Shown here: in pieces, positions 1 through 13,199 of the stretch
Position numbering within the stretch: position 1 is the first letter of the stretch
Layout: every line of letters begins with the position of its first letter
Assembly: GCA_000320545.1 (NCBI GenBank)
Contig: ADNK01000875.1
Location: 186,001 to 250,000 of the forward strand
Source: Bigelowiella natans CCMP2755
Taxonomy: Eukaryota > Protista > Cercozoa
Direction of reading: 5' to 3'
DNA length: 64,000 nt
Notes under the pieces: model-generated
Seen by the model: the letters and a program-made list of their open reading frames with translations, nothing else
Databases searched by the model: none
Told to the model about the DNA's origin: nothing
Translations under genes and position numbers: made by a program

Positions 1-2
1 AG

Positions 3-3000
3 ATTGTCAACAGAATTAACTTCATGCCTTCCGGCGGCATGTCAGGCCACTACTGTGATATGGACTATCTTCAAGACCTGGACGGAAACGGCTACAACGA
101 GATGGTGTACGGCCATTGTAGCGATGCAATTGGAAATTACATCACCGTTGTCTTCATGATGTCCGACGGATTCGGAGCTGACACGAGGCAGAACATGATT
201 ACGATGGTCCTACCGGGAGGCAAGAAACTTAACGGGCGGGCGGTCGCTGCTATTGGAGACATCAACGGCGATGGTATAGAAGACATTGCAGTTTCAGGTC
301 TCAATCAGGCGACTGGCAAAGGCTGTGTGTTCATCTGCTTCTTACAGCGAGTTGGTGCATGTATTTGGGGTCCAGAGCTCAACGCTCCCCGTCATGCGAC
401 TCACGACACCAAGTTCTGGGGGTACTCTCTGGCAGCTCTGGATGACATCAATGGCGACGGGATTCCGGAGGTCGTGGTAGGAGATACCCAGGCCGAGATC
501 GCGAATGCCACTGGGTACATCGAGATTCTCTTCATGCAATCCAATGGTCAATACAGCCGAGCGCACCAAATTGGCCGCTTTGGTGACCAGGCAGATACGC
601 TAGATCTGAGCGTGAGAGACCTATTTGGAACTTCCATCCGTCAGATCGGCGATCTGAATCAAGACTCCACGCTCGACCTTATGGTAGGTGCGCCAGGAGA
701 CGGCTTCAACAACACAGGCGCAGTGTGGATTCTGTTTATGGATGTGGCCAATACAGAAGTTGCTTATACCTATAAGATAGACCAGCATGAGCCATGGCTC
801 AACCTGGTCAATGGCAGCGGCTTTGGTTGGAGCGTCGAAGTGATTGGCGACCTGAATGGTGATTTGATTCAGGATATAGCTGTAGGGGCGCCATTCACAA
901 CTCCGACCCTCGGTGGAACTGAGAACAACGGTGTGGTATATCTGCTGACGCTAGACAAGTCTGGTGGCGTCACGGACAGCAGAAGGGTTCTCCCTGAGTT
1001 CGTGACGGATGACTCACTGTTCTTTGGTCGCAAGGTCAAGGCACAGCCCCGGCATCGTTCGTGCAATAGCCTCCACACAAAGTGTCTGGACAAACGCTCT
1101 GAGTACTACGAGCTAGTGACAACGCAAGGAGGCCAGGCTCACTGGAATATCTTCATTGACATCACACAGACACAAAACTGGTTCTCAGGAGGTTTTGTTG
1201 GAAGACAATTTTCGACACCTTACGGAAAGACCCACTACATCAATAGGCAGTTGAGGCCGAGATTGACTATCACTCACCTGGCCACAAGCACACCTTATAA
1301 CTCTGCGTTTGGCCTGAAGATCAGTTCTACCTTCCTTATCACACACGACGCAAATTCTACGTCGGGCATCCATGATATTGAAATCTCTACGTCCTTGGAA
1401 AGCGACTACAACGTCAACATTCTCACTAACACGATTAACTCGAACTTGCCTGGAACTACGAACCCGTACCATTTCATCCCACATCTGAAGAATACCCTCT
1501 TCAAGACTCCAATTTTCAGACTTTCTCATCCCGAAGTCTATGGTTTGGAGAGTAGGTATATCTTGCAGCCAAACTTCACACTTTCGTTTGAGTACAATAT
1601 GAACGAGACTGCAACCATCGGGGGTGTGCTCGAGAGTTCCATAACGATGAAGTACAAGATCTCTGATGACGTTACCGACTATTTGTACAAGGTTCAAAAC
1701 TTCACGGTGATGCTAAACGATAGCTCCAACGATCACCCTGTGATTCTGTCGCTACCCAAGCACTCCACATTAGAAGACACTGATCTGGTCATGCGGGACC
1801 TCACCATTGTTGACACTGACTTCTATGAGATCTACAAAGACGGTATGATGATGACCAACATCACTGTGGTCAACGGAAAGGTGTCATTGGACGGATTCCT
1901 CGAAGGTCTGTGGTTCATTGAGGCCAACAGCTCGGAGACAAATCCAGAATACGATTGGACCGACCGCTTGGTGTTCAAAGCAGGACTCATACAAACAAAC
2001 AAGGCCCTGCAACAGATGATTTTCCGCCCATCTAAGAATGAGGAGACGGAGGCTAACATCACCATTCATGTTGACGACCAAGGCTTCTCCGGGGTCGGAG
2101 GTCCTAAGCATGCGACAAAGCTCATCACGATTGACATAATACCTGTAAACGATGCGCCTATCATCCAGCATCCACGCATCTTCGAGGACGCAATCGAAGA
2201 TACACCTTTCACTCTGGCAATGGTCACAGTCTCCGATGTCGACATTGGAAACGATGATATGACGTTGCGTCTCTGGGCTAAAGGTGGTTTTGTTCGCCTC
2301 GATATGACCAATAGTTACGCCATCTCGCACCGAGCCCTGTACACAACGTGGAACGACTCGACCTACGATATTCATGCTGTGTCTGGACCGGTTGAGCGGC
2401 TAGTCATAAAGGCCAAAGTGCCAATCTTGAACAATCTACTGAAGTTTGCAGTGCGATTTGAGCCTTATTTCTCCTGGAACTGGGCTTCGCAGGACTACCA
2501 GACTGTCTACATTATTGCAGAGGACTCAGGTAGCTCCGGAGATAGCTGTATATGCCTGGATACCTGCGCAACAGCGGGAGATCGTGTCTGTGACGACGGT
2601 GGACCCGGTTCGCAGTCTGATCATTGCATGCTGGGTTTTGACTGCTCCGATTGCGGCCCAAGCATTCGCTCAGGGGGCGTGGCTTTCAACAAAACTTGCG
2701 GTGGTGCAACATATTACGACGGTCCTAAAATGAATCAAACCACTCGCATCGAGATGCTGGTTAAGGTGGCACCGGTCAACGACGCGCCATACCTGACCGT
2801 ACCTACGATCCGCTTACACAACATGGAGGACTCGCCGACTACCCTAGGGGAAGGCGGAGAGATTATCATTAATGATATTGACCTAAACGAGACCGACAGT
2901 GCTTTGCTCACGGTCATCGTAACAGCACAGTGGGGTCTGATGAACCTGATGGACGCAACCGTTCCTTACTACGAGCCACTCTACACGTGGAGCGATCGAG

Positions 3001-6000
3001 TCAAATTCCAAGCAACTATCGAACAGGCCAACAACATTCTTTCTGGGACTTGTGTGCGAAGCGGCGACAGCGGTGGAGCACCTTGCATCCTCCCTTGGGA
3101 GCACAATAACAAGACGTATAACCATTGCACTTTTGACAATAGAGGCAGGCGCTGGTGTAATACTGAAAATGGTATTGGATTCTGCGACTGCGGTCTTATG
3201 TATAAGGGCCGTCACAACTGGTACGGAAACGATACTATTACTGTTATGGTAGGCGATATGGGCCAGAGCGGCAGTGGCGGCGCTCTCTGGACGAACAAGT
3301 CCTTCACGATGAATGTCAAGAACATTAATGACGCACCGACGCTTTCTGGCCCCGGGAAATTCCTTGGGCAGTACGAGTTCAGTATTCACGAAGATGTTCC
3401 AACTAATATCAAGAATCTGACTGCTGATGATGTGGATGAGTGGTACGGCAAATTCAGCTATAAGCTGAAGGTCTGGGGCGACCACGGCCAACCATCATTC
3501 AATGGTACTACAGCCTATTACATTGAAAAAGCTGCTTCATTGCCTGACATTCAGCAGTGGCTCAAAGACTTGGTGTTCGTGCCAGACCCTGACTTCAACG
3601 GCATGCAGGCAGGATTGCGAATCCTGATTGATGACTACCACGAAACCGACGAGATTTATGTCAACATCGATGTGCTTGCCGTCAATGATATGCCTTTCTT
3701 TAAGGTGAACACGACTAACAACACTCTGGCGCCTCTGGAAGACGTTAACTTCCCAATGTGGATTGCTGTATACGATGTTGATGTTGATGAAACCTTTGGG
3801 GGACTCCTGGAGATTACCATGGAAGCTGGAAATGGCTCCCTAACTCTGCGACAAGAGTGTCTGCAACAGTCCTCATGCGATATTGAGTTCCTCGAGGGCG
3901 ATGGATACGAAAACTCCAGAATTGTTTTCAAGTCATCGAAAAAGTCAGCAAATCTCCTGATGAATGGCACCTTCTACCGAAGCGCTTTGAATTGGTATGG
4001 GACCGACTGGGTATACCTTCACGTTACAGACCATGGTGCATCTGGTGTACTTGCCGGTGTTCAGCAGAGCTCATGGAACATCACAATGAACGTGCAGCCT
4101 GTAGATGACTACATCTTCATCGACCTACCCGAGTATGTATATGCTATTGAGGATGAACTGGCACCGCTCAACCTTACGATCGGCAAGGTGGATCCCGAAC
4201 TTACGCAACCTGTGAAAGTTACACTTGAGGTCATTAACGGCACTCTTCGAGCTCCCGATGTTGGACTACCCGCAAGTTCGACGTTGGTCGTGGAGCGGCG
4301 TGATGATAACCACACGATGGTGCTCCTTGGGCCATGGGATGATGTTGAAAAGCAAATCGAGAGCGTCACGTACCTGTCGCAGATCCACTTTAACAAGCGC
4401 TGCTGCGGGGTAGAGACTCTCAAGATCACCGCAGAGTACAACCGAAGCAGCAACGCTAGCGTGATCTCTCACTATGAGACCGCAACGGTACTCATTACAG
4501 CCGTCAATGACGACCCCGTCATCAACGGGCCGCTCGCTTACACGATCCTTGAGGATACCCTGACGCACTTGAACGACATCTGGGTATTCGATATTGACCA
4601 TAAAGAACTGTTTGGTGGGCTGTTGAACATGTCGATTGAAGTACGTCACGGTATGCTGACGATGGATACGTTCGTGCCTGGAATCCACATGATTGTCCCC
4701 GAGAGGGAGGAAAATTTCATCAACCTCCAAGAGACCCAGACCAAAATAACTGCTCGAAGGCTCTCTTTCACCGGTGTCCAAGAGGACATCAACAAGTTGC
4801 TGGACACTCTCATGTACAAGACAGACTTGCACTGGGACAAGTTCGACAATCTGACGATGAGGATCTCTGATATGGGCAACTATGGAGTGGGAGGAGAGAA
4901 AGTACATGAGGTAATGTATCCTATCACCATCACTCCAATCGATGATCGTCCGTACATCGAAACGACGCCCGCGTTCAAAACGGACGAGGACGTGCCAATT
5001 GATATCCTTGTGAACATCAAGGATGTAGATTCTAGTGTCGGTGGCGTCGAATTCAACATCTCGTGCAGGTTCTGCTTGATTTTTGTGTACGAAAACCAAA
5101 CAGTTTTCGACACAATCACGCAGAACAACAGTACCGGCGTCCTCGTGAGGATCAAAAACTCAGTGACGACAAACAATCTGCCCTTCCACTACATCTACGA
5201 GCCCCGTCAGGACTGGAACTCGTTCATTGCAGGAAACGACACGGTCACCGTCTTGGTTACCAGTGCAGTTACTACAGGAGGCAAAGGCGTCAACACAACC
5301 ACCACAGTGTACGTGGACCCTATCAATGACGCCCCAGAGATCTACAGTATCGTAGACGATCACCAGGATGATCAGTACGACGAATACATCACAATTCCTG
5401 AGGATACGGTACTCATGCTCGAGTTCCTCAGTGTGATCGATGACGATTACTTCGACGTGTACGGAGCTCTCTTGGACGTCAACATTTCCTGCACCTACTG
5501 CACCTTGGTGATGAATCAAACAGCAGGCTTACACGTCCGATCGGGAATTTACGAGAACACCTCGATTCCAACGGGGCAGTTCCTAGGTACGACCATGCCA
5601 ACAATGAACCTCTCCTTCTCTGGAGGACAACGCCCTATCAACGAGGCACTCAGAGGCATTTCGTACATTCCCAGTCCTGACTTCAATGGCCTTGACACCC
5701 TGCGAATCTCCGTTTCTGACCGTGGTAATCATGGTTTTGGGGGAGTCAAAATCACGCACCATGCGGTCACAATTAACCACACCTGGGTGAACGATCGCCC
5801 CAAACTTTTCGGTCCAAACATCACCGGCATTCACATGGCGGTTGGCGAAGAGGATCGAATGATACCAATCGAGGGTATTCGCTTGGAAGACGACGACCAT
5901 GCAGGCTGGTCTCACGGCATGATGGCTGGCAGGCACACCCCCGTCACAACAGGTGACATTACCAGTAAGGAATTGTGCTACCAGAAGGCGCGCGATACCT

Positions 6001-8797
6001 TCGATATGGGCTCGCTTTGTGGACTCAACTGGAATGGCACCTGTCATGCGCTTACACACTGCTCGGGACAACTTTTGGATGCGTCTGGAGCCTGGGTTGG
6101 TGAGCACTTCAATATGATGAACACAACTGTGACGATTGAAGTGATACTCGGAGTAATTCACTTCCCGTACACGAACGGCATCAAATTTCTGCTTGGCGCC
6201 CCCCACAACCACTCAATTGTGATCTTCAGCGGTATCATGAATGACTTAAACCAGGCGATCAGCCAGTTGCAGTACCAATCAAAGCTGCACTACAACGGGC
6301 TGGACGCAAAAGTGATATTCAAGGCTACCGATGGCATCTCGAATACCTTCGCCGATGTCACAGCTGAGCTCAACGTTAGCGTGGTGGTGCACGCAGTCAA
6401 CGATCCTCCATCGGCCTCCAACCCTAACCAACCTCTAAAGGTCAACGAAGACACCCTGATGGAATTCCCTATTCCTATTCGTGATGTCGATCATTTTGAG
6501 GACCACGCCCCTACGTTGCGCGTCAGCATGAACGTTACACACGGAACTATATGGCTCATGACAGAGGTGGGCTTCAGGTGGTACATTAACTCCACCCGTG
6601 CGCTACAATTTGAGTGCGACATCGGAAGGGCCAATGATGCACTGAAGAAGATCCAGTACTTCCCGGATCCTAACTTCTATGGGAATGATACCCTCGAATT
6701 CAGAATCGAGGACTTCGGGCACAGTGGACGTGAAGGCCCCAAGACAGCCAACTACAGCTTCCCAATCTGGGTCCGACCTATCTTTGACGTCTTGGTTGTC
6801 AACTTGCCACTATCGTTCCTTGGCAAGGAAAATTCGGATCTGCTACTCCAGCGCATTACTGTCACTGATATCGAAAACATTCCTTCCAATGTAAACGTGA
6901 CAGCTACGATCAATGTAACCGGTGGTACCGTTGACCACATTGGCAACACGATTGGCGGCCTAGGAACCTGGAGACGAAAGACCGACAGTATGACGATCAT
7001 TGCGCCATTGCCTAAGATCCGACAGGCTCTGAACACTATCGTCTGGTCACCTCCAAACCACATCTTCAACAAGAATGTGACGCTTTCCATCACACTGACA
7101 TACTACATACTGTCGCAGACTACGTCGGCTTCGTATGAAAGTGTCATTATTCCCTCGCCAGTGAACAACTATCCCAAGATCACGATCCTGCCCAAAGCCA
7201 AGAACAACGTGGCGATTGAGCGCAAGTCGTGGTACGTCAAAGGGGTCAACGTGTCTGATGAGGACGAACTTGATAACCCTGACGGCCAATGGAAGCTAAC
7301 GCTAAGCACCATGGCTGGGCAGTTACTCGCCCCGGCGGTCATCACGGGTATGGTGTTCTTGGACGGCGATGGATCCTTGTCGCCCAAGTATGAGTTCCTG
7401 GGCTCGATCAGGCAGATTAACGACGCCCTGGATCACATTGAATACCGATCCATTGGAGCATTCCGTAACAAGGACATCATCAATATCACCATCTCAGATA
7501 TGGGCAACCTACAAGGTTACCGATTCGTGTACCTGGGCCATGATGTTGGAGTGGGCTCTTATGTTGGGTCATCGGGCGAAGGCACACAGATCGAGTCGAC
7601 TCTAACAGGTGTCACGTTACAAGACTGTAAGCAACATTGCTTCGAGCTTCCAGCGTGCAGCGCGATCTCATGGGGAGGCGGCGTGCAGGGTAATTACTAC
7701 GAGGGATACAAGACGGCATCTTGTAAGCTCTTCGAGACGACTCAGGCATGCTTCGACATCCGCAACGACACGAAGTCGGTGCTCGATGCAGGGGCAACCT
7801 GCACGGAGGACGGAAAGTCTACGTGTGGGTGGAAGTACTGGGCCTTCTGCACACCGGAACAGCTACCTAAGATATACAGTGATACCGACTCCTGGCCGAT
7901 TCACGTTCTAGATATAAACGATCCACCTGACTTGATCATGCCGGAAAGCCCTATTGAGTTCCTCGAGGACTCGATTGACAATCGAATGACGAATATCATG
8001 CTGTACGACGACACCACGAAGTTCGAGATTCTTCTGTATGTCAATCACGGAAGGCTCGATTTCCGCGGTTTCGACCCTACTGGCTTGAACATCTCGATCG
8101 AATTCAATTCCACGGGACCGTCCAATACCTCAGGGAGAAATCTACTCATTCGAGGGAACACCTACAAGATCGCGGACATCGAGGCTGCCATGTCCACACT
8201 TGTGTACACACCCGACCCTAATTTCAGTGGCTACGATGTCTTCCAGGTCGCTATCTCCGACCATGAATATCAGACAGTCCGGAATACGACGATTTGGGTT
8301 AAGGGCGTCAACGACGCGCCGAGTGTGGATATAAAAAATGCCACCATTCGAGCTCACAACAAGGAGCGTGTGGACCTCTACGATACTGTTAAGATTACAG
8401 ACGTAGACGCGCACGAGACACAAGGCTATAAGCTCACTGTGTTTGTGTCGGCCACCCTCGGGAAGGTAAGCTTTAAAGGCAGCGGTATGGTCAACGCGCT
8501 CGACATCGACGTCACAGAGGACGAAACAAATGAGTTTGTTTTCTATGGCGACCTCAAGCAAGTGCAAGATCTCTTCACCCACTTCAAGTACTTCGCACCA
8601 GAAACTGTTCCGAAGGGAGGCAGCACCGACGTGGTTACGATTGTCGTGGATGATGGGGGCGCCAGCGGCATTGGTGGCGTACAGACTACCACCAAGACTA
8701 TAACGTAAGTTTTCACATTATAATTCATTATGATATACACCAACATGATCTGTACGACACAAATAAAGAAAATAATGAGAATGAAGAGAGAGAGAGA

Positions 8798-8835
<38 letters not shown>

Positions 8836-10081
8836 GATGTTGAATGATGACTTGACACCAATGCAATAGGATATAAGTTAAACTGATCTGTATCATTTTA
8901 GGGTGGACGTCTACATGTACAATGAGAAGGCAACAGTAACTGCAACGACACAAGCATACGTGACCATGGAAGACATTCCTGTCACAATTGCAGGCGTGTT
9001 CATTACCGACGACAGCTATTATGTCGCCGAAGGAACTCCAGTTGTTGTGAACATCACAGCTGTCAATGGTAAGATTCGCCTCCTCTCGACTTCGGACGTG
9101 CATATGCTCGAGGGAACTAACAGTGGCCCTCACAAGACCGTCATGTTCTGGGGCAATGTCACTAACGTCAACGCGACGCTCAACTCATTTGTCTACACCC
9201 CAGACCTCAACTACAACGGCATGGACAGCGAAGAGATTGTGATCGGGCTTACAGAGCACAACACACGGAACGTAAGCGGTGGCAACCCTCGGATGGATTT
9301 GTACCACGAGCACTTCGCCCATATTGGCGTCGAAGTGACCCCTGTCAACGATCCACCACTGATCACGGCTCCTACGTCGTACACAATTACTCCCGCTAAC
9401 TCCGTGGTTTACACGAAGCCCGACGGGGCTGGTTTGGGCGACAAGATCAACGTCACCTCATTCCTCCTCTCCGGACTCAGTGTGGAGGACCCTGATCTCA
9501 ACGAGGACTATGCGGGATTACTCAAGGTCTCGCTGCAGGTGCAAAAGGGTAACCTATCCACTATCGAATGCTCTGGCGTTCATTATGATCAGGGTGGGTG
9601 CTCCGTTGGCTCGGGCAGCGACCGCCTCCTGTTCGCGTACAGCAGCTTGGCGTTCCATTCCAATAATGAGCACGCGCGTGGCGTCCTTTCGACGCTCTAT
9701 TATCACGCTAGCGAGCTGGCGTGCAGCCAGTCAGACACGTTGACAATCGTTATTTCGGACGACGGTCCAGCGCTCCAGTACCCTACACGAACGCCAACTA
9801 CCGGCCAGCCAAGCGTAACAGTAGCCGTGACGGCAGCACCTTCTCTCGCGCCTACAACGAAGGCTCCAAGTCCAGGTATGACCCCAGCTCCAACATTCGC
9901 TCCGATCACGTTCGCACCTACAATTACGGGCGCAACAATGTCTCCAGTGACATCCGGGCCTGTAACCTCGTCGCCGGCTGCGGTCACCGCCACGCCCTCT
10001 CGCTCTCCAGTCACTTCGGCTCCTTCGATGTCAGGAACCGCTACTGTGACCAAGACCATCACCATCACTCGAACGTGTTAA
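3..10081 (+). CDS. Giant extracellular adhesin-like protein: FG-GAP (integrin-alpha-type beta-propeller) repeats + ~17 cadherin-like/Ig-like repeats with inserted Cys-rich, FN2, PAN/apple and Pro/Thr-rich modules; probably 5'-partial; exons <=3..8704 and 8902..10081
   Basis: The frame is open from nt 3. Five FG-GAP motifs are visible (e.g. FGTSIRQIGDLNQDSTLDLMVGAPGD, FGWSVEVIGDLNGDLIQDIAVGAPF). Repeated (P/A)VNDAP linkers and YxPxxxFNGxDxLxIxxxDxG motifs follow. Intron 8705-8901 (GTAAGT...TTTTAG, contains (GA)n) joins AC|G in frame with the 8903..10081 ORF. There are many NxS/T sequons and no C-terminal TM helix. Confidence 0.88.
8785..8830. repeat. (GA)n microsatellite inside the single visible intron of the adhesin gene
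   Basis: Seen directly. Confidence 0.95.
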
Positions 10082-11279
10082 CAGTCATGAATCATCGACG
10101 CTTCACGTTTTTAGATAACGCAAGCAACAAATTAATTCTTTAATACTCGTTGCTGCGCTCATATGTAACAATAATAATAATAACAATATTATAGTAATAA
10201 TAGTAATATTAATAAATATAGTAAAAATATAAGTCATAAAAGATCAAACACTCCCCTTTGAGAATAATGAATGATACCTACTTTTCTTTCTCTACTAATA
10301 CCCTTATTATTTTCGTCTTCTTCCCTCGGATTACATTTCTATGTAGAGAATAATATCCAATCATCTCCATCACCCCATTCCGCCCCTTTGCGTAATGATG
10401 ATTGATGATAATCATGGTGATATACTTTTTGCTTTCCATCATTATCACCAATGCTTCTTCATTACAATCTCCGCAAGCAGCAACACTCTTTCTTCTGGGT
10501 CGACTCTAGCACCCGTCACAAATCACAAGAACATTTCCATCGTCTTCTCTTTACGCGACTTTCCTCACAAACTACCCTACCAGTAGCAGAAGTTTCTTGA
10601 CTTCTAGCATCAGAAGCTCTCTCGGATCGGTTGAAAGATTTCTGAGGAATGATCTGGGACATCATCACTCTGAAACTTCGCCGCCGCCGACTGTTTATTC
10701 TGCTTTCGCTTCTTTATTTCTTCTTTAATTCTTAGCAGCCTGCTACTCGGGTATGATGTCTACTACATCACAAGCATAATCACCAAACGGTTCAATTTCG
10801 AAACGGATGGGCGCAATTCTAGCCTAGATATTTCGCAAGTAGTAGGGACAATGCTATAGTATCCTTAAAGTCTTACATCTCCACCACGAATTAATGGTGT
10901 AGGAAGTCGCTTATTTCGCCTTCGTTTTTTCTACTAGAACACCCTCGTGTTCACTAGTATTTGGAAATGCATCATTATTACATTGTGTACGAGGCAACCC
11001 GGGAGAGCGCACCTGGTCCTGCACTATTGAAGCTTCTTTTTCACTTTTCTCGCTTCACTTTGTGCAGAGCATGTCATGGCAATCATCTTCACTTCTACTA
11101 CACAGTACAGGAGTTTTCCAAAGTATGTGTGATAGTTATCTCTGTAACCTTTTTCACCACCTAAAAATATAGAAATTCCATGGCCGTGTGTGCGCCTCCT
11201 GTTCTGGTTCCTTCCCCATGTATAATCTGAAAAGATCAAAATGTGCAACAAATATCTCTCCACATGTAGACATGCGCAA

Positions 11280-11960
11280 TACATGCTCGTGTACATAATT
11301 TACGTGGTATGTGCTAGCTAGCTGGGCATCGCAATGTGTATCTAGCTACATTCGCTAGATTCGCACAATCGCATGTTAATATATATAATAAATATACAGC
11401 GTGTATAACATCTCAGGAGTAGCGTATCGTACGTATACATCGTATTTCTAAGGACATATGATATACTTGTCGCAACTATGCGATGCGATGTAATGTAGGC
11501 AAATTTTATGTTGTTGGTTTAGGGAGCCATATGTATCGTACGCACGCACACAGTGAGCTACCTCTGCATGACAATAGACAAAGTATATATATGATATACA
11601 AGCTAGTAAGACGAAGACAAAGTATGATATATATGTATGATATGCACATTACATATTTCATATACAGCATTACGTATGTCTAGATAGCTATGCTAGTGCG
11701 ATGTCTACAGTTTTAGTATCTGACTTACATAGCTACTACGCTGTATATATTGTATTATGTCTATCATTGGCCGGTAGCAGGGGTGCAGTACACTGGTCAA
11801 ATATTATATGACTTGTTTGCTGTGAGTATCATAGCGCGCCCTTTGCACTGCACTAGTATTGTTGCAAATTTGAGTGCACTGCTGTGTTTATTTGGTGCGA
11901 TGCGCTGCTGATACTGATTTGTGCAAATGGCATTGTTTCCTTGCAATCAACTACTTCAAC
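11280..11960. other. Low-complexity intergenic tract of alternating purine/pyrimidine words (GCTAGCTAGC, CATG, TGCA, TATA) between convergent genes
   Basis: Composition seen directly; no credible ORF. Confidence 0.5.
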
Positions 11961-12037
11961 ATGAATACATAAATGCAAGTAGAAGAAGGAAAAACGGAAC
12001 AGGATAGAGAGCAGAACGCATCATCCGCTGGATTCAA

Positions 12038-13104
12038 TTAAAACATGGTAACGTTGTAATAGTCTGCAGGATCGATAATGGAAGCTCCCCCGAAAAAGTC
12101 AAGCATCCAAATATCTTGAATTTGAAGCTTCTTGACTTTCCAGTTGTGATCAGAAGGCCAAGATTTCATCGGTGGATGACGACTGAACAGAGCACTCTGC
12201 AAGAAATCTATGTGAGACCCGTGACGTGAGGTTAATAACATTTTCACGTGGTTAATACCTTGAATTTTGCCTGCTCATCAGAATCGGTGACCTCTACTAC
12301 TTTTCCACTGAGAACAACCTTGGCACATCTTGGATCTTCAGGGTCCCATCCTTTCTTCGCACAGTACCTGAAGATAATAGACGGTGTGAGGAAAGGAAGA
12401 GTGCTGTCATAGATAGCTTATCACTACCCGATCGAGGCTTCGGAGATGGTGAATGAAACCATTGGATTAGCAGCAATATCCTGCTGCGAAACATCCATTT
12501 CACTGACATAGAAGTAAGGGATCCCTGTAGTGAAGGTCATATCGCCGTCAACGAAGGATTGGACATTTCCGAAAGCAGTGCCTGAGAATAGTAGAAAAAG
12601 GTGTGAACGATGCTTCGGAGTTGGCATGTTTGCTTGTTCTAAATACCGTTGAGATGAACTGAAGTAGTAGCTAGGGTCCCATAAGTAGTATTGTGCACTA
12701 CCCATCTGTGAAATAATCCATGATAAATTTCTGTTCTACCCAATTGCATGGAAGCAACATTTTTTACCGAGCAGTTGCTGCCTTCTTCATCCAAAATGGA
12801 GGGCCATCTTTCTTCTGCGCGATTTCAACACTATCGCAGACAAAGACTCCAGGGGGGAGCTTCTTCGCGTTCTCCTTCTCAAAGCATGAGGAGGGCACAG
12901 CGCCGGCCTTACACCAGGTACACTTTGAGTCCGCGTCACACGATGCTGGGGGAAAGACATGAATGAGATTGTTTCTTCGGTAAATACTCTCACAAATAAA
13001 TATTTCTACTGTAACATACCCTGATCCGAATACTTTGGTTGGCATGAGTCTTGTTGGGCAAAGGCGTTGTTGAAGGCCAGGAGGAAGAGGAGAGGGGTCA
13101 GCAT
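12038..13104 (-). CDS. CREG: CREG-family (split-barrel, PNPOx-like) secreted/lysosomal protein with signal peptide and N-terminal Cys-rich module; exons 13104-13020, 12945-12768, 12705-12647, 12581-12428, 12367-12259, 12196-12038 (247 aa)
   Basis: All five GT-AG introns (60-74 nt) restore the frame; the spliced CDS is 744 nt. CREG hallmarks are present: ARWVVHNTTYGTLAT, GTAFGNVQSFVDG, GIPYFYVS, DPEDPRCAKVVLSG, ALFSRHPPMKSWP, IWMLDFFGG. The N-terminus MLTPLLFLLAFNNAFA is signal-peptide-like. Confidence 0.9.
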
Positions 13105-13199
13105 GGTGCGATGGAGTTTGAGATGCAGTCTGTTTAGTTGAGATAATTCGTTATGTCGTTACATATAATTGTAGGCCAATTATGCATTTTAATCCACAT

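Noticed and set aside
24-8708. Bacterial contaminant or chimeric contig as the source of the giant ORF
   Set aside because: It is joined in frame through a GT-AG intron carrying the host-type (GA)n repeat and is rich in N-glycosylation sequons and disulfide modules.
286-10143. Numerous antisense and alternate-frame ORFs over the adhesin gene (likewise over the NACHT and CFAP57 genes)
   Set aside because: These are shadow ORFs caused by codon bias, with no motifs of their own.
10505-10550. Minus-strand EDDGNVLVICDGC resembling a PHD-finger fragment
   Set aside because: It is immediately followed by a stop, has no in-frame upstream CxxC or splice support, and is too short to call.
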